Assembly: GCA_002269645.1 (NCBI GenBank)
Contig: NIVC01003823.1
Coordinates: 79,559-143,558 of the forward strand
DNA length: 64,000 bases
From: Macrostomum lignano
Lineage: Eukaryota
Direction: 5' to 3'
The notes beneath the pieces are model-generated. The model ran no database searches. It was not told the DNA's origin and worked only from the letters and a program-made list of their open reading frames with translations. How positions within the stretch are numbered: position 1 is the stretch's first letter; each line of letters begins with the position of its first letter. Below, piece by piece: positions 27,421 to 56,677 of the stretch. Made by a program: the position numbers and the translations under genes.

Positions 27421-29131
27421 TCAAATCCTAATTTTTCACGAATGTACTCTATTTTATGTTTAATTCTAACCTAACTATATATTAACGAGTTTTTGTTTGA
27501 GTTTGACCTCAGATTTTAGAATACGAGTACATGCAAAAATAGTTCCAGGGATTGAAATTCCCCGGGTTCAAAATCCGCGGGTTTCAACAGCTTGTATAAT
27601 ATAGTTTTGGTGTCTTAGGCTATAGTTTGAGACTCAAGTCCCACATTTGAGTTGCTAGCCATCTAAAAATATGCATTAAATCTAGGCAGCCTGTCCTTTT
27701 AACTTTAGATAAGATACCAAAAACTATATTTTATGTAGTACTATTTATATAATTATTGCTTATCCAACTGCTAGCCAACTTGGCTAATCTAGGATCTAGC
27801 TAGCATGAATTATAGCAAAGACTAAGCCCTGATGGTAAGCTACAAAAATAGATAAGAAATCAAATATTATATTTTGTTTTTAGGTCTAATTTATAAAACT
27901 AACTGAAATCATATTTTTAGTCATAACTAAATCATTTGCCTCATTGGAAAAGTGACATTTTCATGGATAGCTATTGAATATACTTAAGAAAATATTGGCA
28001 TGCAACACTATATCTCTCCAATAGCAGTGTTATGCACCATTAATCAAAATCTTAACTTCCATTAATGACAAAAGCATTAGCATAAAAACCTCTTAACTTA
28101 TAAACTCTTGATTTTGTGAAGTTAACTGATATAAGTTAATTGATAATCATTAAAAAGCATTATTATAGTAAAGTTAACATAGAAATAAACATAAATTTTG
28201 CACTTTTTTTCTAAAAACAGACTTAAAATGCACTGTCTTTGCTTTTACATATTTTTAATGAAACACAAAGATGATCCAAGCAGTTTACAAGCTAAAAAAG
28301 TATAACAATAATTGTAAAAACTTGTGTGTATAATATTATTAACTATATGCATATGGTAAAAGAAATAACTTACTTATTTGAAACTAAAAGCTAATTAGTT
28401 AATAAAGTATAAATAAGAAAGTTGTTTCAATAGCATTAGCAGAAAGTTAACAAAGAAATAAGTTAGGCAGTTAGGTAAATTTGAATATATTTATATTATA
28501 ATTATAATCTTATCAGGCATATATTTTTGTTCTTTTTTTGTATCTTTGGTTATTGATATTGTCATTAATGTTAACAATGAATTTGTTGTTAATGTACAAA
28601 AATATTAACACAAATTTGTTAAACTATTAGTGCAAAAAATCTTAATAGCAGCCTATTAACATTAATAAAAATCTAAACAGTTATAATGCTTATTAATGGA
28701 TTAACATTTATTAATATACTGGTACCCAACATTGTCCAATAGAGCATAATCTGTTAGAGGGGCTAAGAGATAGCACACTAGAAGGGTAGTGCATTAAAGG
28801 GGCATTGCATGCTTGTAGGATATCACAAAAATGATAGTAGGCCTATATTCAAAGATAATATGCTAAAATCTGTCTTAATAACAATCTGATAACAAAATGA
28901 ATAATTAAGTAAAGATAAAATAGATATATTTGTTAAGGAAATGCAACAAATATTTAATGCATTAACTTACTGCCATATTGATATTGGTATAAGTCCTACC
29001 TTAGATTTTCTATTGTTGAGAGACCTGTTGAGATACATATTGGGAGACCAAGGGGGATATATACTAATCAAGAAATAAATACTAATAGACTAAGAAGATC
29101 TACACTGATTGATTGCCATTATACTTTATTC

Positions 29132-32100
29132 TAGGGGTAGGACGTGATCACGATCGTGATCACGATATCGTGAATTCACGACCTTTTTCAGTGTCGTGAA
29201 TTCACGAGTCGTGAAACATTTTTCACGTGCGTGATCGTGATTGTGGGTTTCTTTCAGCTTCAGATGTTACTATGTTTATACTTTTCAGTTCCCCAAACCA
29301 CAATCGTGTACAGTCCTAAATGTAGACTTACTTGGTTTTTGTTTTTCTTTTCAAATACAACGAATGTGTTTTAACACAAAACTTACAGAATAGAGTTTTC
29401 AGTTTACTTTACTTAGTTCAGAAAGTTCGAAGTTAAAGTGGATTTTCGAAGTTCAAAGCTTACTGCCTTATTCTTTTCAATCTTTTGTTTATTTTGTAAA
29501 ATGTAAAATTAAAACTGAAAAGCACTGAATGAAAATATAAATTGTATATATGTATGACTGTATATAAATTTCACTACATGATAGTACATGACATGTACAG
29601 ACAAGTGTTTGTTAACTTGCTTAGCTGCCTACAGAACTGAAAACAGTGAAAAGTGAAAAACAGAAAAGCTTATCAGTGTATGAATATGAAGTATAAAAGA
29701 GTACATGTAGGTTTACTACTTTACTTTTACGTTCTACACATATAGTGTTATTACAATGACTAATTTAAGTCTAATCTATACTATACTAGCTACATGCAAA
29801 AAATCATACTACAGAGTCTACAGACTACAGAGTACACAGCTACACACTATAGCAACAGTTATCTATTCCTTATCGATAAACTTTTTCTTGTAGCTCCAAC
29901 TCTACTTGTTCTATAGTCTTTGATTATTTATTTTCTCTATCATTATCTTGTCTCTCTGATCTCAATCTTCAAAAAAGTAAAACTAATCACTAATCAGCAA
30001 TAACAGCAATGAATTGAATGGACCCTGCTCATTTCTCTATGGGTCAAACTTCCGAACATTATAGTTAATAAAAACAAGCTTTTCAACGGTTTCGCCAAGC
30101 AGGCGACGTCGTTTCGGCTCGTAGATGTTTCCAACGTTGCTGAAGATACGCTCACTTGGAACACTGGTAGGTGGTGGTCCCAGAAATTTCCGAACAAGTG
30201 CTGACATTGCAGTTGATGGAGTCTTGTCTCTCCAGAACTTCATTGGGTCTTCCTCAAATGGAAGTCGAGGCTCTGATAGGTAGGCTGCCATTTCACGAGC
30301 CAACTTGTCCATAGCATTGCCTCTGTTTGAAACTGGCAGTAGCGTTCCGGCCCTAGACAGGTCACGCAGAGTTGCAGCTGCAGCACTAGAAGTAGAAGAC
30401 TTCTCGAACAGGGCTGACATAGATAGCTGCTGAGGCTGAGACTCAGTTTGTCTAAAAAGGTGAAATTAAAAGTTAAAAGTTAAAACAAAGAGAACTTTGA
30501 TATATTAGTTATAAAATTTATAACTTACAGATGTAGCAAATGTAATTTATAATTTAATTTTTTTGTTACATGTACATGTACATTGAATTATGAAATAGAG
30601 GAAATACTCACGGCTCAGTTTCGATAGATACATCGGAGAGGTCCTCGTCTATGGCTGTATCGCCATCAACAGTAGGAAGAGAAGTTTCACGCAAAATTTC
30701 ATTCATTGCTTTTACGAGCTCAGCCTTAGCAAAGTTGCGCTGCTCTTCATCGAAAAAATCTAGCCGGAAGCGTGGGTCTAACATCGTAGCAACAATGTGG
30801 TGGTGACTCTTTTTTTCGTCAGAGAAGCGTTGAGTCAACCCTTTCACCAGGTCGTCTCGAAGGTACGTGATGCCAAAGCAGTCTACCTGCTGCAGATGCT
30901 CCAGCGACACTTTCACCATCGGCAAGATACACGAGATGCTGGCAGTTTCCCTGCTGACTTCTAGCGTAAAAACCTCAAAAATCTCAAGAAGTTTGACAGC
31001 TTTCTTTGAAACATCTGACTCATTGTCCGTCAGGATTTCAATTGGTCGGTGTCTGGTGCGATAGACACTAAACGCTTCCTCTTGCTCGTTGATTCGGCGT
31101 AACATGGCTAGTGTTGAATTCCAGCGTGTGTCTACATCTTGCACGAGGCTGTGTGTTGGTAGCTTCAGCTGGAGCTGCAGTGTTTTGAGGTTTGCTTGAG
31201 CGGTTACAGAGTGGTGGAAGTGGCCAACAATGCTCCGTGCTTTGTCAAGTATTGTCTTCAGTCCTCGATGACCGGAGATGGAATCCTTAACAACAAGGTT
31301 CAGCTTGTGGGCAGCACAATGGGCAGATGGTACTTTCAGAAGTTCTCCTGCAAGCTTCATGTTGCTGGCCCCATCACGCAGGAGGAGGCTGACTTGCTCT
31401 AAGCCAATGCCCCACTCACCAAGGGTTGTCGAAAAAACGGCCGAGATGTTAAGCCCAGTATGGGCATCAGTGAATGGCTTTACGCACAGTAAAAGCTGCT
31501 TACGCTCAAAATCTGGCGTGATAGAATGGATTGTGAAGGACATGAGTGCCAACTGGCCGTCACTCCACAAGTCACACGTGAAACCGAAATCTCGCAGTCT
31601 GTCTATTTCGTCCTGGACCTGCAATTTAATTTCTTCATAGAGAGTCTCTAGCTTGTCATGATAAAATCGAGTGCTCTTCAATCGATATTGCGGACATGCT
31701 TCTTTCAACAGATCGCGAAAGCCTTCACCTTCTACCACAGAGAATGGCTGTGAATCCAACACAATAAAGCGGAGAATTTTTCGATCAATTGCAACCGAAC
31801 GAGGGTGCGAATCCGACCATTCTTGAGCATTTGCTTGAGCAAACATTGTGCTCAACTTCTGCTGCTTCAATGGTTGTGGTCCATCTTTACATTTTGGCTT
31901 TGCACGATCTGCCTCAGTGTTTAGGAGCTCTTTGAATTGAATTGGATGGCAGGATTCTATGTGTCTTCGCATGCTGCCTGTTGATCCTGTGTTTCGTAGA
32001 ACCTCCTTCTTACAAGCTAGGCAAGCAGCAGAATTCTCTTTTCCTTCAACGTCTTTAAAGTACAACCACACAGCACTGCCTCTTCCTCGAGGTTGCTGGG

Positions 32101-33345
32101 TTGGCTTATCAACAGAGGCCATTGCAAATGAATGGCTGAAATTGTTTGATTTGTAAATTGTAAATTGTAATGTAATATTGTGTAATTGCCTATTTTAATT
32201 TGCTAGGTAGAAAAGCAAAGAAAAAACAAGTATTATATTATTTTAAATTAAAATATTTATTTATATTTTAAATAAAATATTGCATAGTATAGCAGTATAG
32301 TGTAAATGTAAAGTCACTACAGACTTTAAAGTCAAATAGGCTAGAAAAAAATATTTTTAGACTAACCATATAGATTAGAAATATACTACTATGCATCAGG
32401 CAATCAGGCATACATATTCAATATACCAGTGTACCACATGATAGTACTAGTACATAATAGTTAATACTATATTGAATATTGAATATTATTCATTATTCAA
32501 TTCAATTCAAGAAGAAAAAGTATTTAATATTTGTGTTTGACTATTATTATTACTATTAACAAATGACAATAACAATAGCAAATAACAATTTAATTTAGCA
32601 TATCCATCAAGTATATTTGCTACTTAGTACTTAGACTTAGTCAACCTTAATTTTTAATTTACAGCAATTTATTTTAGTAAAAAAATACTATGCTTATATA
32701 TTAAAAATTATTAGTTATAAATTATAATTACTAAATAACTATTAGACAATCAGATTATAAAATTATGCTCTAGTATCTACTATCTATCTGTATAGTATCT
32801 AATCTATTTATACATTATTATAGCATAAAAATAATAAGAAGAAAGAAAAACTCAAATATGCAAATTCATGATCAAAATGAAATGAAATTTTTGTTTTAAC
32901 TATTTATTTAATACTAAATTCTAAAATAGTAATAGTAGCAAATACTACTTTTAAATTAAAAATTTAAAAATAAAAATACTAAATAGTTACAGCTTTCAGC
33001 TTAGTTTGAGCTTTGAGAAAGCCAAAAAGCAACACAAATGTCTAAGAAGTAAGAACTTCTTACTTCTCAGCCAGACTCTGAGTTCCTTCTCAACCAGAGA
33101 AGAAAGCCAGATGGGCAGATGCAGATGGTATAAGCTGATGGTATAGAAGCACTTAAAAATAGAATCAAACACATTAACTGATAGAAAAATTCAAATTTGA
33201 AGAAAAAAAAACAAAATTTGAACGGAAATTTTTTACTTTTAATTTTTCACGAACCAATCACGATCACGATCACGATCACGGCAAAGCTGAAATTATTCAC
33301 GACTACTCACGCCCGACCCAAAAATTTTTGCTCGTCCGACCTCTA
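29132..33345 (-). mobile_element. Complete hAT (Ac/ZBED-type) DNA transposon, 4,214 bp
   Basis: TIRs TAGGGGTAGGACG and TAGAGGTCGGACG (reverse complement). Perfect 8-bp TSD CTTTATTC at 29124-29131 and 33346-33353. Clustered CACGA/TCGTG subterminal motifs at both ends. Confidence 0.96.
30037..32122 (-). CDS. hAT transposase (~641 aa), 2 exons: 32122-30612 and 30451-30037
   Basis: BED finger (SAVWLYF...CLAC...HIESCH), CDLW, RDGASNM, CAAH, DTRWNST, and dimerisation domain with SERIFS. The phase-2 GT-AG intron joins in frame with no stops. Confidence 0.93.
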
Positions 33346-33483
33346 CTTTATTCATAGAACTCTATCTCTCTCTCCTACACAATTGCTCTTTTTCCAATGT
33401 ATAAGGGCCTACCATTGGCATTCTTTGTAGGATGCTTAGTGCACAGAGTGTATGATGCTTGGCACATATCTGAGTATACATGC

Positions 33484-33635
33484 GCAACCTTGGGAATCAC
33501 TTGGCCATTTCTATTGGCAACACACACATGGAAATCGCTATTGGCTAAGAGAAGTCACGTGACTACTATTCCGTCCAATAACAACTTACATGTGTGTGTT
33601 GCCAATAGAAATGGCCGGGTGAATCCCTAGGTTGC
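33484..33635. mobile_element. Palindromic MITE-like element with CCAAT boxes and central GTCACGTGAC
   Basis: ~47-bp inverted arms with a perfect 28-bp core (GGCCATTTCTATTGGCAACACACACATG). No TSD identified. Confidence 0.6.
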
Positions 33636-34266
33636 ACCTAAGCATGTATCTGAGGATTTTGAGAATTTATTCCAATGGGTATCATTTGGTTAATATAAAT
33701 TCAAAGATTACACATGAATATTAATAACTATTTTATTTAATAAGCTTAAATTAAAATCATAGGCCTATAACTAAGACAAAACTATTATTATTTGCACCAG
33801 AAAATTTAGTAAAATGTTTCTAATTCTAACTTATGATAAGCCCTATTGTTTATAACTAGGCCTACCTAGGCTTTAGCCTTTAGAGTTAGAAATTAGGCCT
33901 GAGAGTAAGCATAATAGGTCAAGTCCTAAGTCTATATATGATGCTAGCCTATGCTATATGCCCATAAACAATGAATAATGTTTATAAGTTAGACTTATCA
34001 ACTACAAAAATTATAGGCTTAGGCCATAGGCATAGTGTAGGGCCTAGCTAGGCTGCTAGGCTAGGCATAGCCTACTGTTTAGCTAAGAAAGCAAAAAATG
34101 AAGATTCAAACAAACTACAATTATGCAGTTAAATAGGCCTAGGCCTAGAAGAACACAGTAACTGTTTTGGAGAGTTAAAAATGAAGGCTAGCATAGGCGG
34201 CCTAGGCCTAAGCCTACGCCTACGGCCTACTGAGTACTGTACCAGGAATACATTCTAAAAATCCAC

Positions 34267-34758
34267 GGCATAATTCTAGTTTACTTTGTTATATTATTCT
34301 GCCTTTCGTTAAATTATTTTACCCCGTTTTTCTATCAATTTTAGGTTCAAGGTCAAGTCAAGTCCTAAACAGGATAATAAACAGAGGCCCAGTACAGCAC
34401 AGCGCCGAAGGGGTTGTTAGGGTACATGTGGCGCCAGATGTACTCCTCAAGATGGGCCTCAAAAAGCACGTTGCTCATTCTGTGCATGGCGCGCAGGCGC
34501 CTCTTGGCCAGGGCCCATGTCCCCTCGATGCGGTTTGTGTGCACCCTTGGGTCAGCCGGATCCACAGCGTTAAGCTCGGCAGCATTAACAATTTTATTTG
34601 CAGGACAAATAACCGTCAGTGCAGCTGGGCGACCAGCCATAATGGCTGAAAGGGTTGTGGTAAGAGTACAGATGCAAGAAAATACATTAAAATAATATAA
34701 CGAAGTAAAGACAAGTAGAATTATGAAATAATATAACGAAGTAAACTAGAACTATGCC
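34267..34758 (-). mobile_element. Non-autonomous Merlin (IS1016/ISXO2-like) element with a transposase C-terminal remnant
   Basis: 30-bp TIRs starting GGCATA, 8-bp TSD AAATCCAC. Remnant DPRVHTNRIEGTWALAKRRL...HLEEYIWRH matches the HTN.IE..W...K...L.EF.WR motif. Confidence 0.88.
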
Positions 34759-34964
34759 AAATCCACAATATCATGTCATGTCACATGTGTGTAGATGGGT
34801 TAAATGCTTTATGGCTTCGTAGCCTAAGCCTAGGTTAAATATGTTAAACAGGTACAGGCCTTCTACCACTACGGCACTACCAGCACCAGAGGCAGACTGC
34901 CAAAGCACTCACTGCCGCAGGCCCGCAGCCAGCTTAGTTTAGTTTAGCATTCTTTTAGACTGAC

Positions 34965-35076
34965 GGCTATCCTGTAGTTTCGCACGTTAAATTATTATCC
35001 CCACCCCCCACCACCCTTGAATAGAGGGCGAAATAATTCCGTAAAATAATTTAACGTGCGAAACTACAGGATAGCC
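34965..35076. mobile_element. 112-bp MITE with Merlin-type ends
   Basis: Perfect 32-bp TIR GGCTATCCTGTAGTTTCGCACGTTAAATTATT and perfect 8-bp TSD AGACTGAC. Confidence 0.88.
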
Positions 35077-36107
35077 AGACTGACTAACTATAGCGTCAAT
35101 TGCAATTTTATATAGGGCGGCTCTGCAATCAGTCACGCTTCAAGCCAATTCTATTAGTGCCGCCAGTAGTGTGTATTGTGTAATGATATTTTTGGTCCAT
35201 AAAAAAGCTGGCGGCAGGCAACGATTATTATTATTCTTCTTTTTTTTCTAGTTATGATGGCGTCGTCGGCGTCAGTGGATTTTAAATGTTATAACAAGTA
35301 TAACAAAGACAACAATATTAATACTTACCAAACACTATAAAGTAGGTATTTAGCTTTTTTTGTCCTCTGAGAAAAAACTTTTAAATAAAAAAAGAAGCTG
35401 ATTTTTTTAGCGATAGTTGAAATTGTTAAAATCTAAATATATTTTGTCTATATAAGAAGCCATGAACGCGAGAACGCCTGGGCACTTTACGGACCAAATT
35501 CAAAGATAACTGAGACTTCCTGCCTTGATTTTACAACTTCAGTAAGTTTACTTTCAGATCAATTTTTCTGATACGTTAATATTTGTGTCGTCTAAACGTA
35601 ATTTGTGTCAGTAAAATAAACCAATTGAGTTGAATTGTCAATACGGTTTGGTAAAGACTAAACTACGGTAAAATAAGGTGCATAGGACAGCTCCTTTCCC
35701 GGACTAATTATTCTCTACACTCGCTAGCAAATGCTTCTTTGAGTAATTTTGGTGTTTGGGTTCCTAAAATAAACAAAATTGGACGATTCACACAAAAAAT
35801 AGTCGTTTCGTACATGTGATGTATCACATTCTGTTTGTTTGAGTTACTATAGCTATTCGCTCTATTTTTTGGATGACGCATGCATTTTTGACACCTCTTG
35901 ATTTGTCGCTGAGTCCTGTTTTTGCAGCGGCATACACAAATAAAAAATTATATAATGCAAGTAAATGTACGACAAGGTATGATGATCACAGCTAACCGAG
36001 AAAATTATTTATACTACGCTTTCATACTTTACTTTGCAACACCAAAATAATCAATAGCGAACAATAGCAAATCTCATTCATTTAACTTTTACTACTTTTT
36101 TTCAGAG

Positions 36108-51598
<15,491 letters not shown>

Positions 51599-53405
51599 AC
51601 CATCTGCTTATGGAATATCCTGTCACATAATTTAAACAACTTGATAAACTGATTTTAATTTTTAAAGGCAAATATATAGTCGCAGCTATTAGCAGATCAG
51701 CCTACTATATAGTAGCAAGTTTACCTTTTTGAAGAAAAGTTTAATTAGCTGCCTGAAAAATGGATTTTACTGCACTTTGATTGGCTCGTTGCCTACGGAA
51801 GAGCTATACGGTTTCAAAATTAATTTGCTACCTTGACACTCTGCAACTATTTTGACCTTTTATGAACTCAAATGCTTTTATTCTTTATTTTTGGAGGCTT
51901 ACAATCGTACAAGTGTACATAAATTCATCAGCTGTGGAAGAAATAAATTTTTAATCTGGCTTGTGTTTTACAATTTGCGAAAAAAATGCTGCGAGTCACG
52001 AATTATTTTGTTATAGTTTTAATGATAAAGCTTCAATTAAACATTCCGGTTTACTTTGCTTGCCATCCAATTCTCACAGCCTTACATGTAAGTAAATATG
52101 TTTATTTGCTGTTTGGTATGCGGACTTATTTTAACAGCTGGATTGTTTTATAAATTTTCAGTAGCTTTTTGACAATGCACGCGTCAACTTTGCTGAGACT
52201 GAAATGCTATCTTTGGTTGCAACTGTGCACGCATTGTAAAATTAATCGCTTTTGGAAGTGCGCTGTTTTTCTCTCGAGCTTTTCTATTTTAGCAAATAGT
52301 ATACTTTTCTCGCTTCTTTTCGTTGTTGATTAAATAAAGGCTTACGAGTACATGTATTTCTTTTTCACTGTAGTTTTCTCACTTGTAAATTTTAATTCCC
52401 ATGAGTTTGTGTGTTTGAGTACAGTTGTAACCATTAACTCTGGGCAGCGCAGTTGGAAAGTGGCTCAGCATCCAAGCATGCACGTTGATGGTTACCATGT
52501 ACATGGAGAAATTTTGATCAGGTTTCTTATACTAAACTTTAGAAAATTTTCACAAGATATGCACGCAAAATGTACAATCCAAAGATGCTTTAAGAGTTCT
52601 CTTCTTTGCAGAGCAGTACGTCGTTTTGCAGTTGACAGCTAGCCTGCGCATATCTCGCGGTCATCCGCGGACAAGTGCGTGAAGCCGATGCTTATATTTA
52701 TAAAGAACGCATAGCGTTGAGCGTGGCAATAAAGAACCAAAAAAGAAATACGAAGCACTATAATTTTGTTGTTTTGCTATAAAAAGATGTCATCAAAGCT
52801 GCATATGTCTCTGCCTTCGGCCGGCGGATGCACAGCTGCAGAAGTCCAGCGCCCGATAATCCAATTACATAGATGTACTATGTAGATATTTAGGCCTTAA
52901 ATTTTGATAAATTAAATTTCTTAGCTGCAGCCTAAAGGTGCGATCCCGATCAATGCAGTATTAAATGCTCAGAGTAATTTTTGTTGCGCACGAATCAAGT
53001 TGTTTCAGTAAACTAAAATAATGAACGATGTTTTTCGATCTCATTCTATTTGATAAAGCAAATTATACGAAACGATTCAGGGTTATTGTATCCAATTACT
53101 GTTTTTTGCGCTCCGCAATAAATTGTAAATCAGTACAAAATTTTTTTATAATTTCGGTGTTATTAAAAGTTTAAACAAATTTTACGCATTAAAATGTTTT
53201 CAAATGATTATAGTGAAATTCTTTTATTTTAATATGTAAAATTTTATGTTTTTATCATCAATTATTTAATATCAATTTATTCTGAATAAATATCTAGTGC
53301 CCACTATTCCTCAGTGAATTTGACGCAAAGGAATTCTGTTTTTTATTGACGATTTTAGGATTTTTATCAAATATTTTCTGATGCTGTAGGACTTGGTTTT
53401 CAGTT

Positions 53406-56235
53406 ATGGCTTTGCATGAAATATTTTCACACCCAGAAGTTAGAGTTTATAAATCTACGCTAGTTTCCAAGGCTACATTTTTTCTTATATGTTGCGTAAT
53501 ACTAACATTTGTAGCTCCACTTTTGTCGGTGTATCGAGCATATGGTAAGCGGGTATTTGCAGTTTTTGACTGCATCTCCTGTCTAAAAGTTTTGCTTAGA
53601 AAAGCGCTTAGATTGCAGTGCCACATTTTTTTAATGGTTTTAGACTCTTTTAAGACAGTAACTGATGGTTCAGTTAAGTGCTGTGAAACAGAAATATAAA
53701 ATAAAAAATAGATATAATAAAACATGGAAGTTACAATGGTAGTTTGTTTAATATGTTTGTTATTTGTTTTGCTATTGTTTTCCTTTAAAATTTATATAAC
53801 AAGCCTATATTTACTTAAGGTTTTTAAGGTTTTCGGTTTAGCACCATAGTCTTTGTTCATATTCTCCTTGTCCTTATTGCAAAAATATTTAACAATTAAA
53901 TTTAAAAAATGTAGTCTATTTAAATTCCTAATAAAATTTGAAAGTAAAAAATATGTTTATGCTGGGTTCGATTTTTGGCATATATTTTAAAAAAATAACC
54001 TAAGGATGGGTTTCTTTACAAATTCTATTCAAACATTTATAGAGAAAAATAGCAACTAAACCTTCAAAACAGACTTTGTTTGCCAAGTAGTACTTAAATA
54101 GATCTAAAAGAATATAGTATATAAATTCAAGTATCAAGTGTCAACTATTCGATTCTAATGGAATAAAAAATTGCTTTTGGAATAAAAAATAACAATATAT
54201 GTAATTCAATATATTTTAGTATACTGTTAAAACAAAGAGTTTTGGCGTACTAGTTTACATACTGAAAGTTAACTAGAAGATATATTTTCTTAGAAATTAT
54301 TTGAAAATATGTTACGAGCATAAGCACAAAATCCTAGTACTAATATAATTTAATGGAGGGATTCATTTGGTAATTTCTATTGGTTATTTGCTTGAACTTT
54401 GATTTTATTAAAAAAAATCTAGGATTCTGGAAGAAGGAAGATTTCTACACTGAGCAGCCAGTTGTGCGATTCAAATACCAGGCATTGCTCATCCTCAGCA
54501 CCAGCACCACCCAATGGACATGGAGCACAATGACAAACTTGAACGCTCTGCAGCAGAAAAATCTACTGGCGGTGCAAATGAAGGTCATGGAGTCCGACTC
54601 TAATTTGGATGGAAAATACGAATCATTGTTGGTGCAGATTGAAGCGCCGCTGGCTTCCAGCGAGAACATTCTAGCAGCCAAGCTCATCCTTCTGTTTGAC
54701 TACAAACTCTCGGTGAGTGGGCGGCTTGGGAGTCAGTGCCGAAATCATGCCCTGAGCTGTGGGGAGCAGGTGCTACTTGAAGTGCACAGTCGATACCAGC
54801 TGTTGTGCTGATTTAAAAACAAATTTTTTTCTAGTATTAAAGTAGACGGTATATTTTCCTTGTTATTTTTATTTTAAGTATTTTCCTATACTTCTACTGA
54901 AAGTAGGGTAGTTAGCAGAAGTTAACAATCTAAATATACTAAATCTCTAAGGTTTGTATGCTTGAATGAATGTCCATAATATATACTATTTTAGCTGTCT
55001 GTAAGTACTGCCTTGTACAGGGACAATGCTAGTTAAATAATTGCATTTTTAGATGCATTTAATTTATCAACCGTTTAGTTTTTATGAATCTAGAGCTCGT
55101 ATTCTGCAGCCAGGGGCGTCGCTACCGGGAAGGACGGGGAGACATGTCCCCCCCCCAGTAAGAGCAATGGGGAGACATGACAATGCTTTGTAAAATTCTT
55201 GGCTTTGTCCCCCCCCCAACCATAACATCCATGGCGACTCCCCTGTCTGTAGAAGTTTGGCCTAATGGCCAAAAATACTTCGTATGAAACCAATTGAAAT
55301 TTTTATTGCTCAATTGCAAGGCTTGGACTTTAACATGAACGCTACTGATCTCCCACAGAAACTGTCGGACTTCACAATGCAGAGCATGGCCTACATAGAC
55401 TACTCATCTAGTCAGTCGGGCGCTTCTCTGTCGGCAACTGGACAGCTCAGCTTCAAGCAAAAGACGCCGCTAAAATCATCGGGAATAGATGTTCGTTATA
55501 ATGTGAGTTCGTCAGGGTTTTTATTCGGGCTTTTAAAATTGTAATCAATCTGGTTATGTAAGTTTTATCAATTTTTACTATACCTATTTTTTCTGTTGAA
55601 AGGACTCGGTCATTCCCAGCACCAGTGTCGTCAGTTCAGACTATCAGCTATCGAAAATATTTTTGAATTATCAACAACGAAATGGTAAGACTTTTTATTG
55701 TTTTTTATGTACGCTGTGCAAAGAGGGGTAGAGAATCTGCAGGAAGTGATGTACACTGTGCACAGAGGGGTAGAGAATCTGCAGGAAGTGATGTACACTG
55801 TGCACAGAGGGGTAGAGAATCAACAGGAGGTGGTGTACACTGTGCACAGAGGGGTAGAGAATCTGCATTATTTAAATTATGAAGATGTTAATATACTAGA
55901 AAATAAGGACAAAACTATCATAAACACCAACTCGTTCTAAAAAAACTGCTCACTCAGTGACCACCATGTTCGACAATGCGCTGTACGTGTGGGAGACGGG
56001 CCGGCCAACTGGTGAACCCTTCAGATTGAACGCCACCGTGTATTACCCGCCGGCAAGGGTTCTGTACCTGACGGGTTTCTGGCACCTGATCAAATGGGCC
56101 TGGGTGCAGTATGTGCCCCTGCTGCTGGTGTTCTTGTTCGTGTTCGATCGGATCAAAGTGTTCGTCTTCCAGAACCAGATTATTGGCACCCTTGTTCAAC
56201 GACCGAAGGTGCCGTGCAAGCAGCATGACACTTGA
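53406..56235 (+). CDS. TMEM231: Transmembrane protein 231 (ciliary transition zone, MKS module), 310 aa; exons 53406-53544, 54423-54712, 55359-55502, 55603-55684, 55958-56235
   Basis: MALHEIFSHP...YG|FWKKEDFYTEQPVVRFKYQ and GFWHLIKWAWVQY match the family. All junctions are in phase. Confidence 0.92.
55111..55245. mobile_element. hAT-type MITE
   Basis: TIR CAGGGGCGTCGC / CAGGGGAGTCGC (reverse complement). Degenerate 8-bp TSD TCTGCAGC/TCTGTAGA. Confidence 0.6.
55707..55866. repeat. 42-bp minisatellite, ~4 copies
   Basis: GTACACTGTGCACAGAGGGGTAGAGAATCTGCAGGAAGTGAT units in TMEM231 intron 4. Confidence 0.92.
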
Positions 56236-56677
56236 AGAGAGGCCACGCAAATTTGTAACAAAAAATGATTTTTTACAACCTACAAATCAGGCTAACAGTA
56301 TTGAGATGGTGCGTCGTCTTCTATCGCGTTGTCTAATAAAACTGATTGATTCAAGACTATAGCTTTAAATATGAATTTATATAATCTAATCTATGCCCTG
56401 CAAATCATTGATTAATTATAAATAAATGCTACACACATTAAAATATGACACTGATATTTTTCTTTCGGGCTGGCCCGACAAAGCTTTTACTTGTAAATTA
56501 GACGTCTTTGCTTTCAGCACAATGGGATATTAATAATCTTCAATGCTGATGTAAAAAATTAATCATTCATAGCAGTTGCTGTGGGACCTCCTAGAAGAAA
56601 AAATGTTGCCTAAATACTGAACTTCTTACATTAGACTAGCTGGTGCACTGTCTCAGGTGTATATGATTGCTTTCGAT

